Assembly: GCA_964016885.1 (NCBI GenBank)
Contig: OZ024743.1
Coordinates: 290,966,001-291,030,000, forward strand
Source of the DNA: Eledone cirrhosa
Lineage: Eukaryota
Direction: 5' to 3'
DNA: 64,000 bases
Shown here piece after piece: positions 52,333 through 64,000 of the stretch (its first letter is position 1; each line of letters opens with the position of its first letter). The notes below the pieces were generated by a model. It did not search any database and was not told the origin of the DNA. It saw only the letters and a list, made by a program, of their open reading frames with translations. Position numbers and translations under genes: made by a program.

Positions 52333-52849
52333 TTCTGTATTTGTGTGAATGTGCATTTATATATATAAAATTGTATATATATATATATTCGTTAACGTGT
52401 TTATAGAAAAGTAATGGTCAGGAGAAAAATAATTTCCATTGGATGATACTTAAGTATGTACGTATGTGCGTCATAAAGAAAGAAGATATTTTTATAATGT
52501 TTTTCTCTTCTGCTTAGATTACGAGATCACTGTGTTGTGAATGTTATTAACAATTTTTCAGAATAATATTATTTTTTTAAATAATTCTCAAGATTTCGAT
52601 GATTACTAACAAGTGCGTCGGTTAATGCTTATTAGTTTGACTATTTTTATTATTATTGTTTTCATCAGATATGGTGCCACTACGGCCCCAGACCAATGAC
52701 TGAAATTAACATAATATATATCTTCACAAGGCTCCTTGAAGTTGAGTTTTATTCAACCTCTATAGTGTTTTATAAGTTGTTTGATATTAGCAAACATATA
52801 TAGCATCATATCCAAAGTTATTCATATATATATATATATAGAGAGAGAG

Positions 52850-52889
<40 letters not shown>

Positions 52890-52984
52890 TGATAGATAGA
52901 TATTTCCAGCCAAATATAGCTGTACACCGCAAAATTAGACTTTCCTTTTTTTTTTTATATATATATATATATATATACATACCG

Positions 52985-53240
52985 ACAGTTAAAAAAATAA
53001 TTGAAATCTGAAACGCAAGGAGCATCTATTACAGCAGGCGACGGTTTGGAATGAAGTGAGAGTAGAAAGTTCGTTCAGTTCGCGTGGAGTGGGTAATGAT
53101 AAATTCAAGGTAGGCGTGAGAGTCTTTAAGTTTGTGGCAGGTGGAGGTGCTGAGAACCTGACTTGCATATATGCTAAAATTAGAGGTGAAGTTGTAACTC
53201 CAATGAAATCGTCTGTATAACGGGGGTATATTTCAGGAGA
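52985..53240 (-). pseudogene. PLE RT remnant of a further clade
   Basis: Minus-strand RYTDDFIG and KLKDSHAYLEF resemble the RYIDD and KPTDSHxYL motifs of PLE RTs. It adjoins (TA)n. Confidence 0.55.
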
Positions 53241-56200
53241 GATTGCATACCGTACCTAGTTCATCTAAATCACTATTATCCAAACACAATCAAGCATAGC
53301 TGCATCATTAATGTAAAACTTGTATTACATACTAAAGTAGTTCAGGATTTATAAATTTCCACTTGTTTCATTTTTTTAAATGTTGTCTCATATAACATGA
53401 AATAAAGTTTTCTCAAATACATTCCTGCCCGTTCCTTTAAAGATTGTGTTTGTTTATTCTGTGAGACTTCATGCTTGTCAAAGATATGATGTATTCACAG
53501 CAATCGCTGCTGTACTTATGTATTCATACGAATAGTGTCATTTTGGAAAAATATAATTAATTCTAGAATTTAGCGAATACTCAGAACGAGGGTACGAACA
53601 ATTGTATCCTGTTTCTTGCACATTTATTTCAGAGCAGATTCACCTGAAGTTTTCAGTCGAAATATCTTACTCAATTAAATCGTTGTTATATAATATTTGT
53701 AAGACTTTTTTATTTTTTATTTTGCAGATTTGCATTACATTTTCTATAAAAAGAAATTATGATTGCACATGGATATGAAATTTCATCAATGGTGATGTAT
53801 TTGTAAAATTCATTAATTTCAATGATCTCCCTTAGCCATAGAAAGTATGAGCTTTTTCCCAAAAGATGTTTGTCTACATTCTCTACTGTGACTATTCAAC
53901 TTTAATAAAACACAAAAAAGAAATTGCAATGTTGATGAATCAAAGCAATGTTTTATTCTATACTATGTATTCGGGTGTATAGTTTGTATAACGATAAGTA
54001 CCTCTATTTGTAAATAAATATCATGAAAATACATCAGACTAGACAATATAACAACATCTAATAATGTAAGGATATTCATGAAATGAAAAGTAGTGTACAT
54101 ATCTAGCATCAAATTTCTTACAGCAATGACTAGTATTTCTGTTCAAATATATAACGTGCATGTTAACTGATAGAAATATGTATAGAGCCATAAAGAAACG
54201 TTGAATCACAATTGTGTGTTGAGCAGATATAGGAACAATGGCCTCGTGTGGAATCTTAAATTGTTTTTAAAATATTGGATCAATATTTATGACGGAAGCA
54301 TGCAGCATTTATTTTTGTTAACGCTAAACCAAATGCGTGACAATCACATCTTAGTTTTTAACATAAACCAGGCATTAAACTATCTGGATCTGGCGTGGCA
54401 ATTTTCGATTTGACTTGAGTGAAATATGTTGATATTTATGTCATGACGCCCCAACTTAACATTTTTTATTAAATATGTTTTATTTGTGTGAAGATTTTTG
54501 CGGTAATATCAGAAACTCTACTACGCCTCATGAAATATTATTCGAATATTTTAATTCTTATTTCAAATGCTAGTGAGAATATTTCTATTTTAACGACACC
54601 GTGTGCATGACATTTAATATCAATAACATCTACATCACTTACAATGGCAGATTTAGTACATTTTTCCTGAATTAAATGGAAGCATCTGCTGGGAAATTAA
54701 CCAAATGACATATTTTTTTACAACATATGTCATTTGAAATTAACAATGGGAAAATATACCAGCTTGTTAGACAGTATTTGAAATGGTGTTATCAGGGCAG
54801 CCGACTTCATATAGCAAACATTACTTATTCTAAATTTGAATAACTTCGCAGGGAAAGGGTTCTGCCTACCCCATATTCCTCTAACATTGATCCTTCTCAA
54901 TAGTATTAGAATCTTCGATTCTAATATTTCCTTAATGGAAATGAGTACAATATTTTAGAGGCACTTGAATTTAGATGGAGATTATGAGATTGATTAAATT
55001 AGTGCGACCACATATGGTGACCTTCAAGTAAAAGATAGAGATGTTGTAGCTTCAGGGCATATTTGTGAATCACCAGTTAGGACTTGTACGTGTCCCTTCT
55101 ACATATTATGAAATACCAATCACTCCAATACAGTCAGAATCTAACAAGAAGAAGGCACGACTGTCAAGCTGTAGTGGAAAATGGATGCGATGCACGCGTT
55201 CATCAACTCAATCCGTCATTATGGGGATTGCTTCTTCTCGGCCCATTTCTGGGTGAGAGTGGCCACCCTGCTCATTAAATATGATTCATTTTTGTTGGTC
55301 CTCTAACTTCTTCGTGCTCCAAGCGTTTGTTGTTCGACTCCATTATAATGACGTCGCATTTCTCACAGGCATCTTCGGGCGGGATGCCACTGAATGTCTC
55401 TAAATTGTGTAGTAGCGGCTCGAGCGTCAATACAATAGGGACGAGGGGTTACATCCCATGATGTTGAATAGTTCTGTGCTGTGACTGTTCCCTCTGACCA
55501 CTGAGCAGATATTACTGTGCTTTCCAGCGACTGAAAACGGGTCCGAATGTGTCTGCCTTCTTGGCTGTCTCCAGTTAGCAATGGTCGACTCTTTCGAAAA
55601 GTTTTGATTGATCTAAGTTTATCAGGTCACCACTCGTGCCAATCTCTTTAACCAGCCTCACTATGATATATTGCATGAGTCGGAGGTTGTCGTGAATGGA
55701 TATCTCCGGGAGAGCTCATATTCGCGCGATTTCTCCCAGAACACCGACGCAAGTAGCTGCCCTTATCATTAATAACATGACAAAATTTAAAAACGAAAAC
55801 AACAATCTGGTACCCGACAAAAAGAGGATATTTTAAATGAAGGGCATGACGTATGCCACAAATAAAATCGAAAGACGAAATTGTCTATAAAGCTAATAAT
55901 GTTCTATTCTCGAAGCATATTTAACAGTAACACTGTACCCAAAATATGATCACAAAACTCTATTCTCCTCAGTCTTAAAACATATAAAGTAACTCCAATT
56001 AACACCTTTTGCTCTTTATTTAGGTAGGCAAGTGTAGTGTCCATGAGACATCCGGTGATCCCAACTCTGACATTAGGAAAGAAGGATTGTATCCACAAAA
56101 TGGAAAATAGACTCAATTCTTAAAAGGAATTTGGTTAAAGCGGGAATTTGAAATTAGAATAGAATGATCTGGCGAAAATACCTCGTGTATGACACCCGAC

Positions 56201-57429
56201 GCTCTGTTATATTTACCTCTCCACCGGTGGTATTTGGACAGATTGGCCAGAGAATCAGAACAAACACTGCAGGAACTTTGCTTGAAGTTCTGATCACTCG
56301 GCTGGATTGCCATCTCTTTAAATGAAGCCGAATGTTTTTATGAGACAGAATACGTTTACGACCCTTCCATACTCTAATATCCCCATCATTGCGTAAACTT
56401 TATAACACCATCTGCAAATCATATATTCAAACTTATTACAGTATACAATTGAAATATATCATTTCAGCCAATTGTGTGGTGAGCGTATACAATATGTTCA
56501 TTAGAGTAACTACGCATGTGACAAGGATTCTCAACCGATTATCGAATAAACGATACGCTTGAATTAATGTTATCATCGAACGAAATGTGAAAGTAATATA
56601 CATTACATGAGAAGTTAATATCAACAAATATTTATAACGACATGCGAAATAGTTAGATGATAAAATGCTCGTGAAAACTGCTGCCAGAACTATTCAGCAA
56701 TTTATAAATCATTTTAACTTTCGTATGAATTAATCTATAAATATCTATGTGTGAAGGTATATCAGTAACTTGAATCATATAAGTTATCGATATAATTACG
56801 AATTCATTTCTCTCCCAGTCTCCTGTTTCGCTCTGTATTTCTGCCTTACTCTGCTTCTCTCTATATGTGTGTGTTGGTGTGTATAAGTATATAAGTTTAT
56901 GTACATAAAACTATGCAACGGAATGTATGTGTGTGTGAGTCAGTGTGTAATTTTCGAAAGTTGTATTTACACGGCTGCCATTGAATATAGGCTTATACGG
57001 TTATATAGCGCAGTTGTTAGATATCAAAATCCTGAAATATATAGAATTGTATAAACAACTGTATTATTTTTTTTATTTGCTTTCTCCATTCTATATAAAT
57101 CAATGAATAGTTCAATCCATCTCATTTTATATATCAAATGTACATTTAATGCGTTATACAGTGGAATAACATTCACATAAGTGAAATACAAGACTTGATT
57201 CCTGGCACAATAATTTAAATACAAACCATTGCAACTGTGTTTAATTGATACATTTTAACACACATACACACACATATATATATATATATTCACTCATGTA
57301 ATACAATCCAAGTATCACTGGGTATTATTAATCTAAACAATTTTCTCCTCATCCCACATTATATATTCTTTATTTTATTTGTCAATATGAACATTATTAT
57401 ATTCCGGATTAAGATAAACTTCTTTCTTT

Positions 57430-57710
57430 CTTCTCTTGAATCCATTATTCCTGGAAGGGTTGTGGAGGCAGAGTGGTCAAGTACTTCTTCTAGTGGTTCC
57501 TGTCATATGTAACCGTCTCCAAAGAATCTGGCTAAATGCCCAAATGTTATCCAACCGACGTTCTCAAGATGTATCCATGAATCACCTGCTGGTTTCTTGC
57601 CTCCAATATTTGTCCAGCGATTCTTTCCTGAGATATTCTAACCCCAGCGAGGCGAGTAAAGGCCGGGTCTAAAGATAGCCTAGACTTCGAACGTCTGGGA
57701 AAAGTATCAA
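57430..57710 (-). mobile_element. Possible 3' end of an RTE-type LINE (eroded)
   Basis: GC-richer island. The minus strand includes an FGHLARF-like motif similar to the RTE C-terminal region. Confidence 0.3.
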
Positions 57711-58618
57711 ATGAGTTATTGGCTAGAATGACAGCATCAAAATACTGCAATATTGCTAGACAAAACAAAGAAACTTATATCGTATGATTCTGCGCGTGGG
57801 ATAATATGGAAGATATTCAGACCTGAATTAGACGGAGCTAATTGAAATATATATGCCTCCACCGAAAATAGAGAGGGCTAATTGAAATATATCTCCCTCC
57901 ACCGAAATTTGAAAATACTCATGATCTTGCTCCGACTTGTCCTGGGATGCATGAGATGGAAGCATAAACAGATGCATCACGAAACCCAGAGAGGGTCCGG
58001 ATGGGAGCACAATTTACGATAATAATATTGCTTATATTAAATGCGTACTATTTCCAGAAATTATTATGAAATACAATTGAAAATATTGAATATTTGGACT
58101 CCTGGATAGGTAATTAGGTTTACAGGATATATAAAAAAATTGTATATGCTGAGGAAGTTAGATGTTCTGCCATAAATCATTTGTGTAAGAGAAAACCTAT
58201 AGATTATTTAGATTAATGACGGGTGTGTGTAATTAAATGAAAGAATGATGTTGTTTTAATAATTCATTTCATAGGTATAATTGCACATATCACATAAAAG
58301 TTGAAAAATATATTGGAATACATGTCCAGAATTTGAGAGAAATATCTAATTACAATGAAAAGCGTCTAACGTAGTATAAAAGTAATTGAAATTCGAAAAC
58401 TTATTTCCTATGTTTCATTGTGACACAGATATGGAATCAATTGTGTGAATGTCTGTTCGTGATATGTTCTTAAAGTGTTAGTCATAAAACAAAAACAAGG
58501 ACACACTGATACACGCACACACATATATTTATACACACACACACGTACACACACACATATATATATATATACATACATATATGTATATATGTATGTATAT
58601 ACATATATATGTATATAC

Positions 58619-58709
<91 letters not shown>

Positions 58710-58713
<4 letters not shown>

Positions 58714-61277
58714 AACGAGTAGGACCCCGACGGCTGAGTTCAAGCCGTTTCGACGGTTAATTCTGGACTAAATGTAAATATTTATCCTGGTATATGAATA
58801 GCCGAGCTTCTCAGGGGGTAATTCCATATATGGTAAAAGTGATTGTCACAAGGATTGGTCAAAAGTTTGTTGTTGAGACACATAATTCTATCATGCCAAT
58901 TTGTGGAAGGAAGGGGTATCTGAACCTGCCAGTAGAAGAAAGAGGGAGAGGGGGTGGAGGAAACCCAGTCGTGCGTTGATAGTGCCAACTACAGCAGGGC
59001 ATGAGGTCAAGGAAGTATACTGGGGAGGGGGAGGAAGTCGAAACAATAAGTAAAACAATATGGGGTAAATATATAGAAAAATACCGAGAATGTTAAAAAA
59101 ACAATTAAATATAAAAGAAACAATTTCTGATTGCTATAACCTAAGGACAGCTATCAAGTCTCTTACTGGTACTGCTAGACTAAAGAAAGGTTTACTAGGT
59201 GGGACGGAATTATAATGAGATCCTTTTAAGAGGTAGTAGTAATCAACCGAGTATATCTTACGGTGACGGGTCAACAAGTGGGGGGCCAAAATACTAATGA
59301 AACTACCACGAAATAATAATTCAGAGTCCCGAGACTAATACGAAATAATGGTTTCTACCCTAGGTACAAGGCCAGCAACCACCCAGTGCAAAAAATAAAC
59401 TAATACTAAATAATAATTCAGAATCCCGAAAAAGAATACTAATACTATCTCTAAGGGTGCCGCTACGATACAAAAATTATAGTGCAAAGTACATAAATGC
59501 TTGTACGAAGTATATGAAGAATTTGATACGGAAAATAAATTCAGAACCCCCCCCCCCCCAAAAAAAAAAAATAAATACTGATATACGAGAAATTAAAGCA
59601 AAGATACCACTAAGAAATGTAGAAAGCACGGAAAACGGGCAGCCATCGGTTAAGAAGGCAAATATCCGGGGTCTATCACATCTGCTATGAAAAGCGGAGT
59701 CAGCCAATTCTACCATAGAATAGGGGAAGGGGGTGTGGGTACTGAGGCTACAAAGGACCGAGGGGCTGCCTCGGGTGGGCGAGAGAGTGAAAAGGACGAC
59801 GACAAAGAAAGAGGACTCGGGTGGAAGGACAGGGAGGGTTGGGGGGAAGAAGGAAATATAGAGAAAGCGATAAAAAGATATAAAAGGTGATCTTACGTCT
59901 AGCTTTGCAAGCAGAGGTTACCCATTACAAAGTCGGCAAGTGGGGTGTTACAGCCCTTGTCTATCCCCTCCCCCCGGGGGTCATTATGGGGTTTGAGGGC
60001 GAGGTAAGTCCTACGCAATCTGTGTTTGCATGCAGTTACCAGTTCATATTTCTTGTTTAGGAGTTGGTCCGTCGAAAACAGCATTTGTAAAGTTTCCTCC
60101 GAGCATAAATTCCACGGACGGCGTCCTCCGGTGTAAGAGTTGGCTCTGGACAGTAAGCTCCAAGTGAGGTCATAGGTAATATTGTTATCCTTGAGGTCCC
60201 AGAAGTGGCCCGAAAGTGTAGTGGCGTGACGCCGGGCCAGGTTTCGGAAGGTATGTATGTGTTGGTATAGCCGGGTCTTGAAGTCACATGCGGTTAATCC
60301 TATATAAGCTTTGTTGGACGTGTCAGTCCTCACGTTGCACTGGTAGATCACACTACGATCTCTGCATCTGTTGTCGTGGGGGCAAATGGATCCATCAGGA
60401 CAGTTGCACCTCCTGGTCGGCTCTCCACTGCAATTTAGGTTATTTCTTCCATAGGGGTTGAGTTTTTTGTTGTTAGAGGAGACCATGTTTTGTGCAAAGT
60501 TTGGAGTGGTGCTGTAGGAGAGTTTGATGGTATTTTTGTAAATTATGTTGTGGTAGCGGTGTTGTAATGGGAAGTGATTTTCAATGAACATAAAGAAGAT
60601 TTTCCCGATGTTGTCACATCGGCGTTGTGGGGAGGATTGAACCATGTTACATTGCGTGAGCAGCGGTGTCGCCTGCTGGTTCCGCTAATGGAAACTGGAC
60701 AGTAGAATATTTCCTCCCGGAAACCACTCCGCTTAAGGGCCTGATTGTAATAAGGCGCATGTTCCTCGAATATCTGCTCATTAGCGGACAAACGAGATAT
60801 GCGGAGGGAGATGTTTTTAACCAGGTTATTGGTGATGTTCCTAGGATGGTTTGACCGGCGGAGGATGTAGTACAGGTTGTCGTTGGGTTTCCTGTATGGG
60901 TAGTACAGATCATTATCGAGATCAAGGGTAACGTCCATGAAGTTTACTCCGGTCAGGGACGTTTGTAGGGTTATTTTAAATCCCCAGTCGCGGAAGAAGC
61001 TGATTAATTGTTTACGGACCCGGTCTGTACTACTGGGGTTGTTCCCTTTGACCAATCCTTGTGACAATCACTTTTAACATATATGGAATTACCCCCTGAG
61101 AAACTAGGCTATTCATATACCAGGATAAACATTTTCATTTAGTCCAGAATTAGCCGTCGAAACGGCTTGAGCTCAGCCGTCGGGGTCCTACTCGTTCCTA
61201 TTACCCACTCTACTACCCTAAGTATTGAGTACTTTGGTGCGTTATGGTCCAGCTGGTTCCTTACCACATTTCCTTCG

Positions 61278-61278
<1 letters not shown>
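58710..61278 (-). mobile_element. Penelope-like element, family B, second copy (5'-truncated, inverted 5' pLTR piece 61050-61278)
   Basis: ORFs 60543-61067 (NFMDVTL, PYRKPN, WFNPP) and 59899-60645 (SVIYQC..AYIGLT..RLYQH) are joined by a frameshift. 58710-58860 is inverted at 61050-61200. (TA)n on both sides. Confidence 0.92.
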
Positions 61279-61322
<44 letters not shown>

Positions 61323-61751
61323 CGTGTATGTGTGTGTGTGTGTATATGTGTGTTTTTGTGAGTGTGTGAGTGGGTGTGTGTGTGTGTGTATTTGTGAGCG
61401 AAAGTTTGTCTTGAATGACTGACGATCCAATACAAAGAAAACAGGCCATGCAAAAATAAGTATTACATCGGGACAATATAACAGGTGTGATGTAAGACAA
61501 TGCACTGAAGTCGAATATATAATACATATCTTCTTTCTTAACATTGATACTCACTTGCTTGCTTATGTCTAATATCTTATGCACATGAAATGGAGTGCTT
61601 CTGCTTGATGTGCCCATAATTACTTGATTGAGTGGATCAACCATAACGGATTATTGAAAATTAAATATGTATATATATATTATGCGCATGATTACATACA
61701 CACACATATATTTATTTATGTCTAGATACGTATACATGTTCATATACATAT

Positions 61752-61882
<131 letters not shown>

Positions 61883-61902
61883 AATGTTTATGAATATGAA
61901 TT

Positions 61903-63323
61903 CTCCACTCACACTATGCTAAACCAATGACCTCCAAATACCTGATACTCAAAAGCTCAGCAATGTCCAGTAGTGCTAAGTTTAATATTCTGATCGCAGA
62001 TTTGGTACGAGTGATGAAGAATGTGTCCCGCATGTGCGAGCCAACAGAAATGGAAATACACATCCAACACTTCATCAACCGCATGCAGTTCTCAGGCTAC
62101 AACCAAAGAGACAGAGTCAGAGTATACGAAGGAGCCATGGAGAAGTATAATACCCTCATAGAACTGGACATGAAAGGAATTTGCCCATTATACAGGAGCA
62201 AATCATGGAATAGCTTAGATAGGGCTAGACATAAGATAGGGAAAGCCACCTCATAGTACGACAACCAGAGAGACCAGAGTGTCATGTTAGTGGACGCTAC
62301 CCCTGGAGAGAAATTAGCGAATCAGTGTAGAAAGGCCCTAAGAAAGACCCACTGAAAGATTAAGGTGGTAGAAAAGCCAGAAACCACCATAAAATCCCTG
62401 ATCAGCAAAACCTACCCTTTTAAGAAAACCCACTGTACTAATAGGAAATGTATCATATGTAAGGTAAACCCCCAGGATAAACTGTAAAACTAGAAACATA
62501 GTCTATAGCATAAGATGTACAGAGGGTACTTGCAGAAACATGACAACAACATACATAGGCGAGACAGCTCCTAGCATAGGTGAAAGGATAGACCAACACT
62601 GGGGGGAACTAAAAGGACGAAAAAACGGGTCAGTACTATACGAACATGCCAGACAACAACACGACAGTAACATAGACAACATAGAAATTAGAATAATATC
62701 TAAACATAGAAATGGCCCAGCACATAGGCAAATCAGAGAGGCCAGTGAAATAGAACTTAGAAGGCCAAGACTAAACAGAAAGAATGAATGTAATAACAAC
62801 AACACCCAAACAAACAACACTGTATAAATAAATAAATAAATAAATAAATAGATAAATAAATAAATAAATACATACACAAGCACAATAACAACAAACACAT
62901 ATAAACAAACACTAGTCACCCAATCACGAGCACACATCACACATAACACTATACACCCACGCAAACGCATGCGCAAAGAAGACAAAATAAAATAAACAAA
63001 CAAACAAATAAATAAATATATATATAGACAGACTAAATAAAAATGGCGTAGACATACAATGTAACGGGAGGAAACAATAGCACCACTGACGATGTTGCAG
63101 ATGTGCAACGAAATAACTTTGATAAACTATATATATGTGTTTGTGTCGATATTGTATCTGTATTATTTTTGACCGTCGGTCAGTCAATGGCAACATTGAG
63201 GACCGAATAAATTAGATTACCGATATAAAAGACACAGAAGCGAAAAGCGAAAACCGACCAAACAGTGAGTGTGTTTGTTATTAATTCTGGCAATATTACA
63301 CAAATATGACCCTCCCCAAGTAT

Positions 63324-63330
<7 letters not shown>
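61903..63330 (+). mobile_element. 5'-truncated PLE family A-related copy (RT thumb, GIY-YIG, terminal repeat with HHR at 63082-63123)
   Basis: ORF 61927-62256 (RMQFSGY, PLYR) and ORF 62540-62827 (YIGETAPSIGERIDQH) are homologous to 16200-17060. The terminal repeat has CTGACGA-T-GTTGCA..TGCAAC-GAAA. Confidence 0.9.
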
Positions 63331-63363
<33 letters not shown>

Positions 63364-63432
63364 AATAATAATAATAATAAATAATAATAAATATATTGCC
63401 AAATATACTATACATACACTCACATATCTATA

Positions 63433-63496
<64 letters not shown>

Positions 63497-63719
63497 TAGA
63501 TATATGAATGTATGTATAGTATATTTGGCAATATACTGCTCTGTTTAATCAGCATCTGATTATTACTGGAATTCTATAAGAATCCAGCTTCTATATTTCT
63601 CGGCAGGTTCAGCGGACAGTGTTGGTCTTAATAAACGCTCACAAGTGAGAAACAGACTGTCGGCCGCTCTCTATTGTTTTTGCCGAAAATAAGTAAGTGA
63701 CATAGTCACTACCTCAAAA

Positions 63720-63758
<39 letters not shown>

Positions 63759-63896
63759 TCATATATATATATATATATATAGATATATGTGTGTGTGCGT
63801 GTGTGTGTGTCTTTGTATCTGTGTTTGTGCGTACATGCATATATATGATAATTCTAACATTTAAATAATACTATTACACTCAAACTCTCTCTCTCT

Positions 63897-63943
<47 letters not shown>

Positions 63944-64000
63944 ATTTATATATTGTACACGTATCATAGTTTATTTACCACAAGCACATGAATAATTTAT

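Noticed and set aside
55040-55770. GC-richer island with short ORFs
   Set aside because: Probably an old mobile-element fragment, but I could not identify any diagnostic motif.
56217-56411. Putative minus-strand exon with AG/GT boundaries
   Set aside because: All three frames contain a stop between the candidate splice sites, and no protein similarity is recognisable. A non-coding or UTR exon cannot be excluded.

Overview
AT-rich, microsatellite-dense eukaryotic DNA, most likely from an octopod cephalopod judging by the tRNA-derived SINE families. No intact host gene can be supported, and nearly all ORF-track entries are translations of (TA)n/(TG)n repeats. The window is dominated by decayed Penelope-like retroelements (PLEs, RT plus GIY-YIG endonuclease) of several families. 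Their termini abut (TA)n tracts, often carry an inverted 5' copy of the terminal repeat, and contain type I hammerhead ribozyme (HHR) motifs. The most striking element is an ~11.9 kb non-coding block (about 38319-50201): 20 direct tandem copies of a ~560 bp monomer preceded by ~1.3 inverted copies. Every monomer carries a type I hammerhead fold with a palindromic helix III, which is the layout of a retrozyme-like, potentially circRNA-producing array. About 20 further HHR-like motifs from several unrelated families, including U3-A8 core variants, are scattered through the window, many at the pivot of fold-back palindromes. All coordinates were read by eye and are approximate. Ribozyme activity is inferred from structure only.
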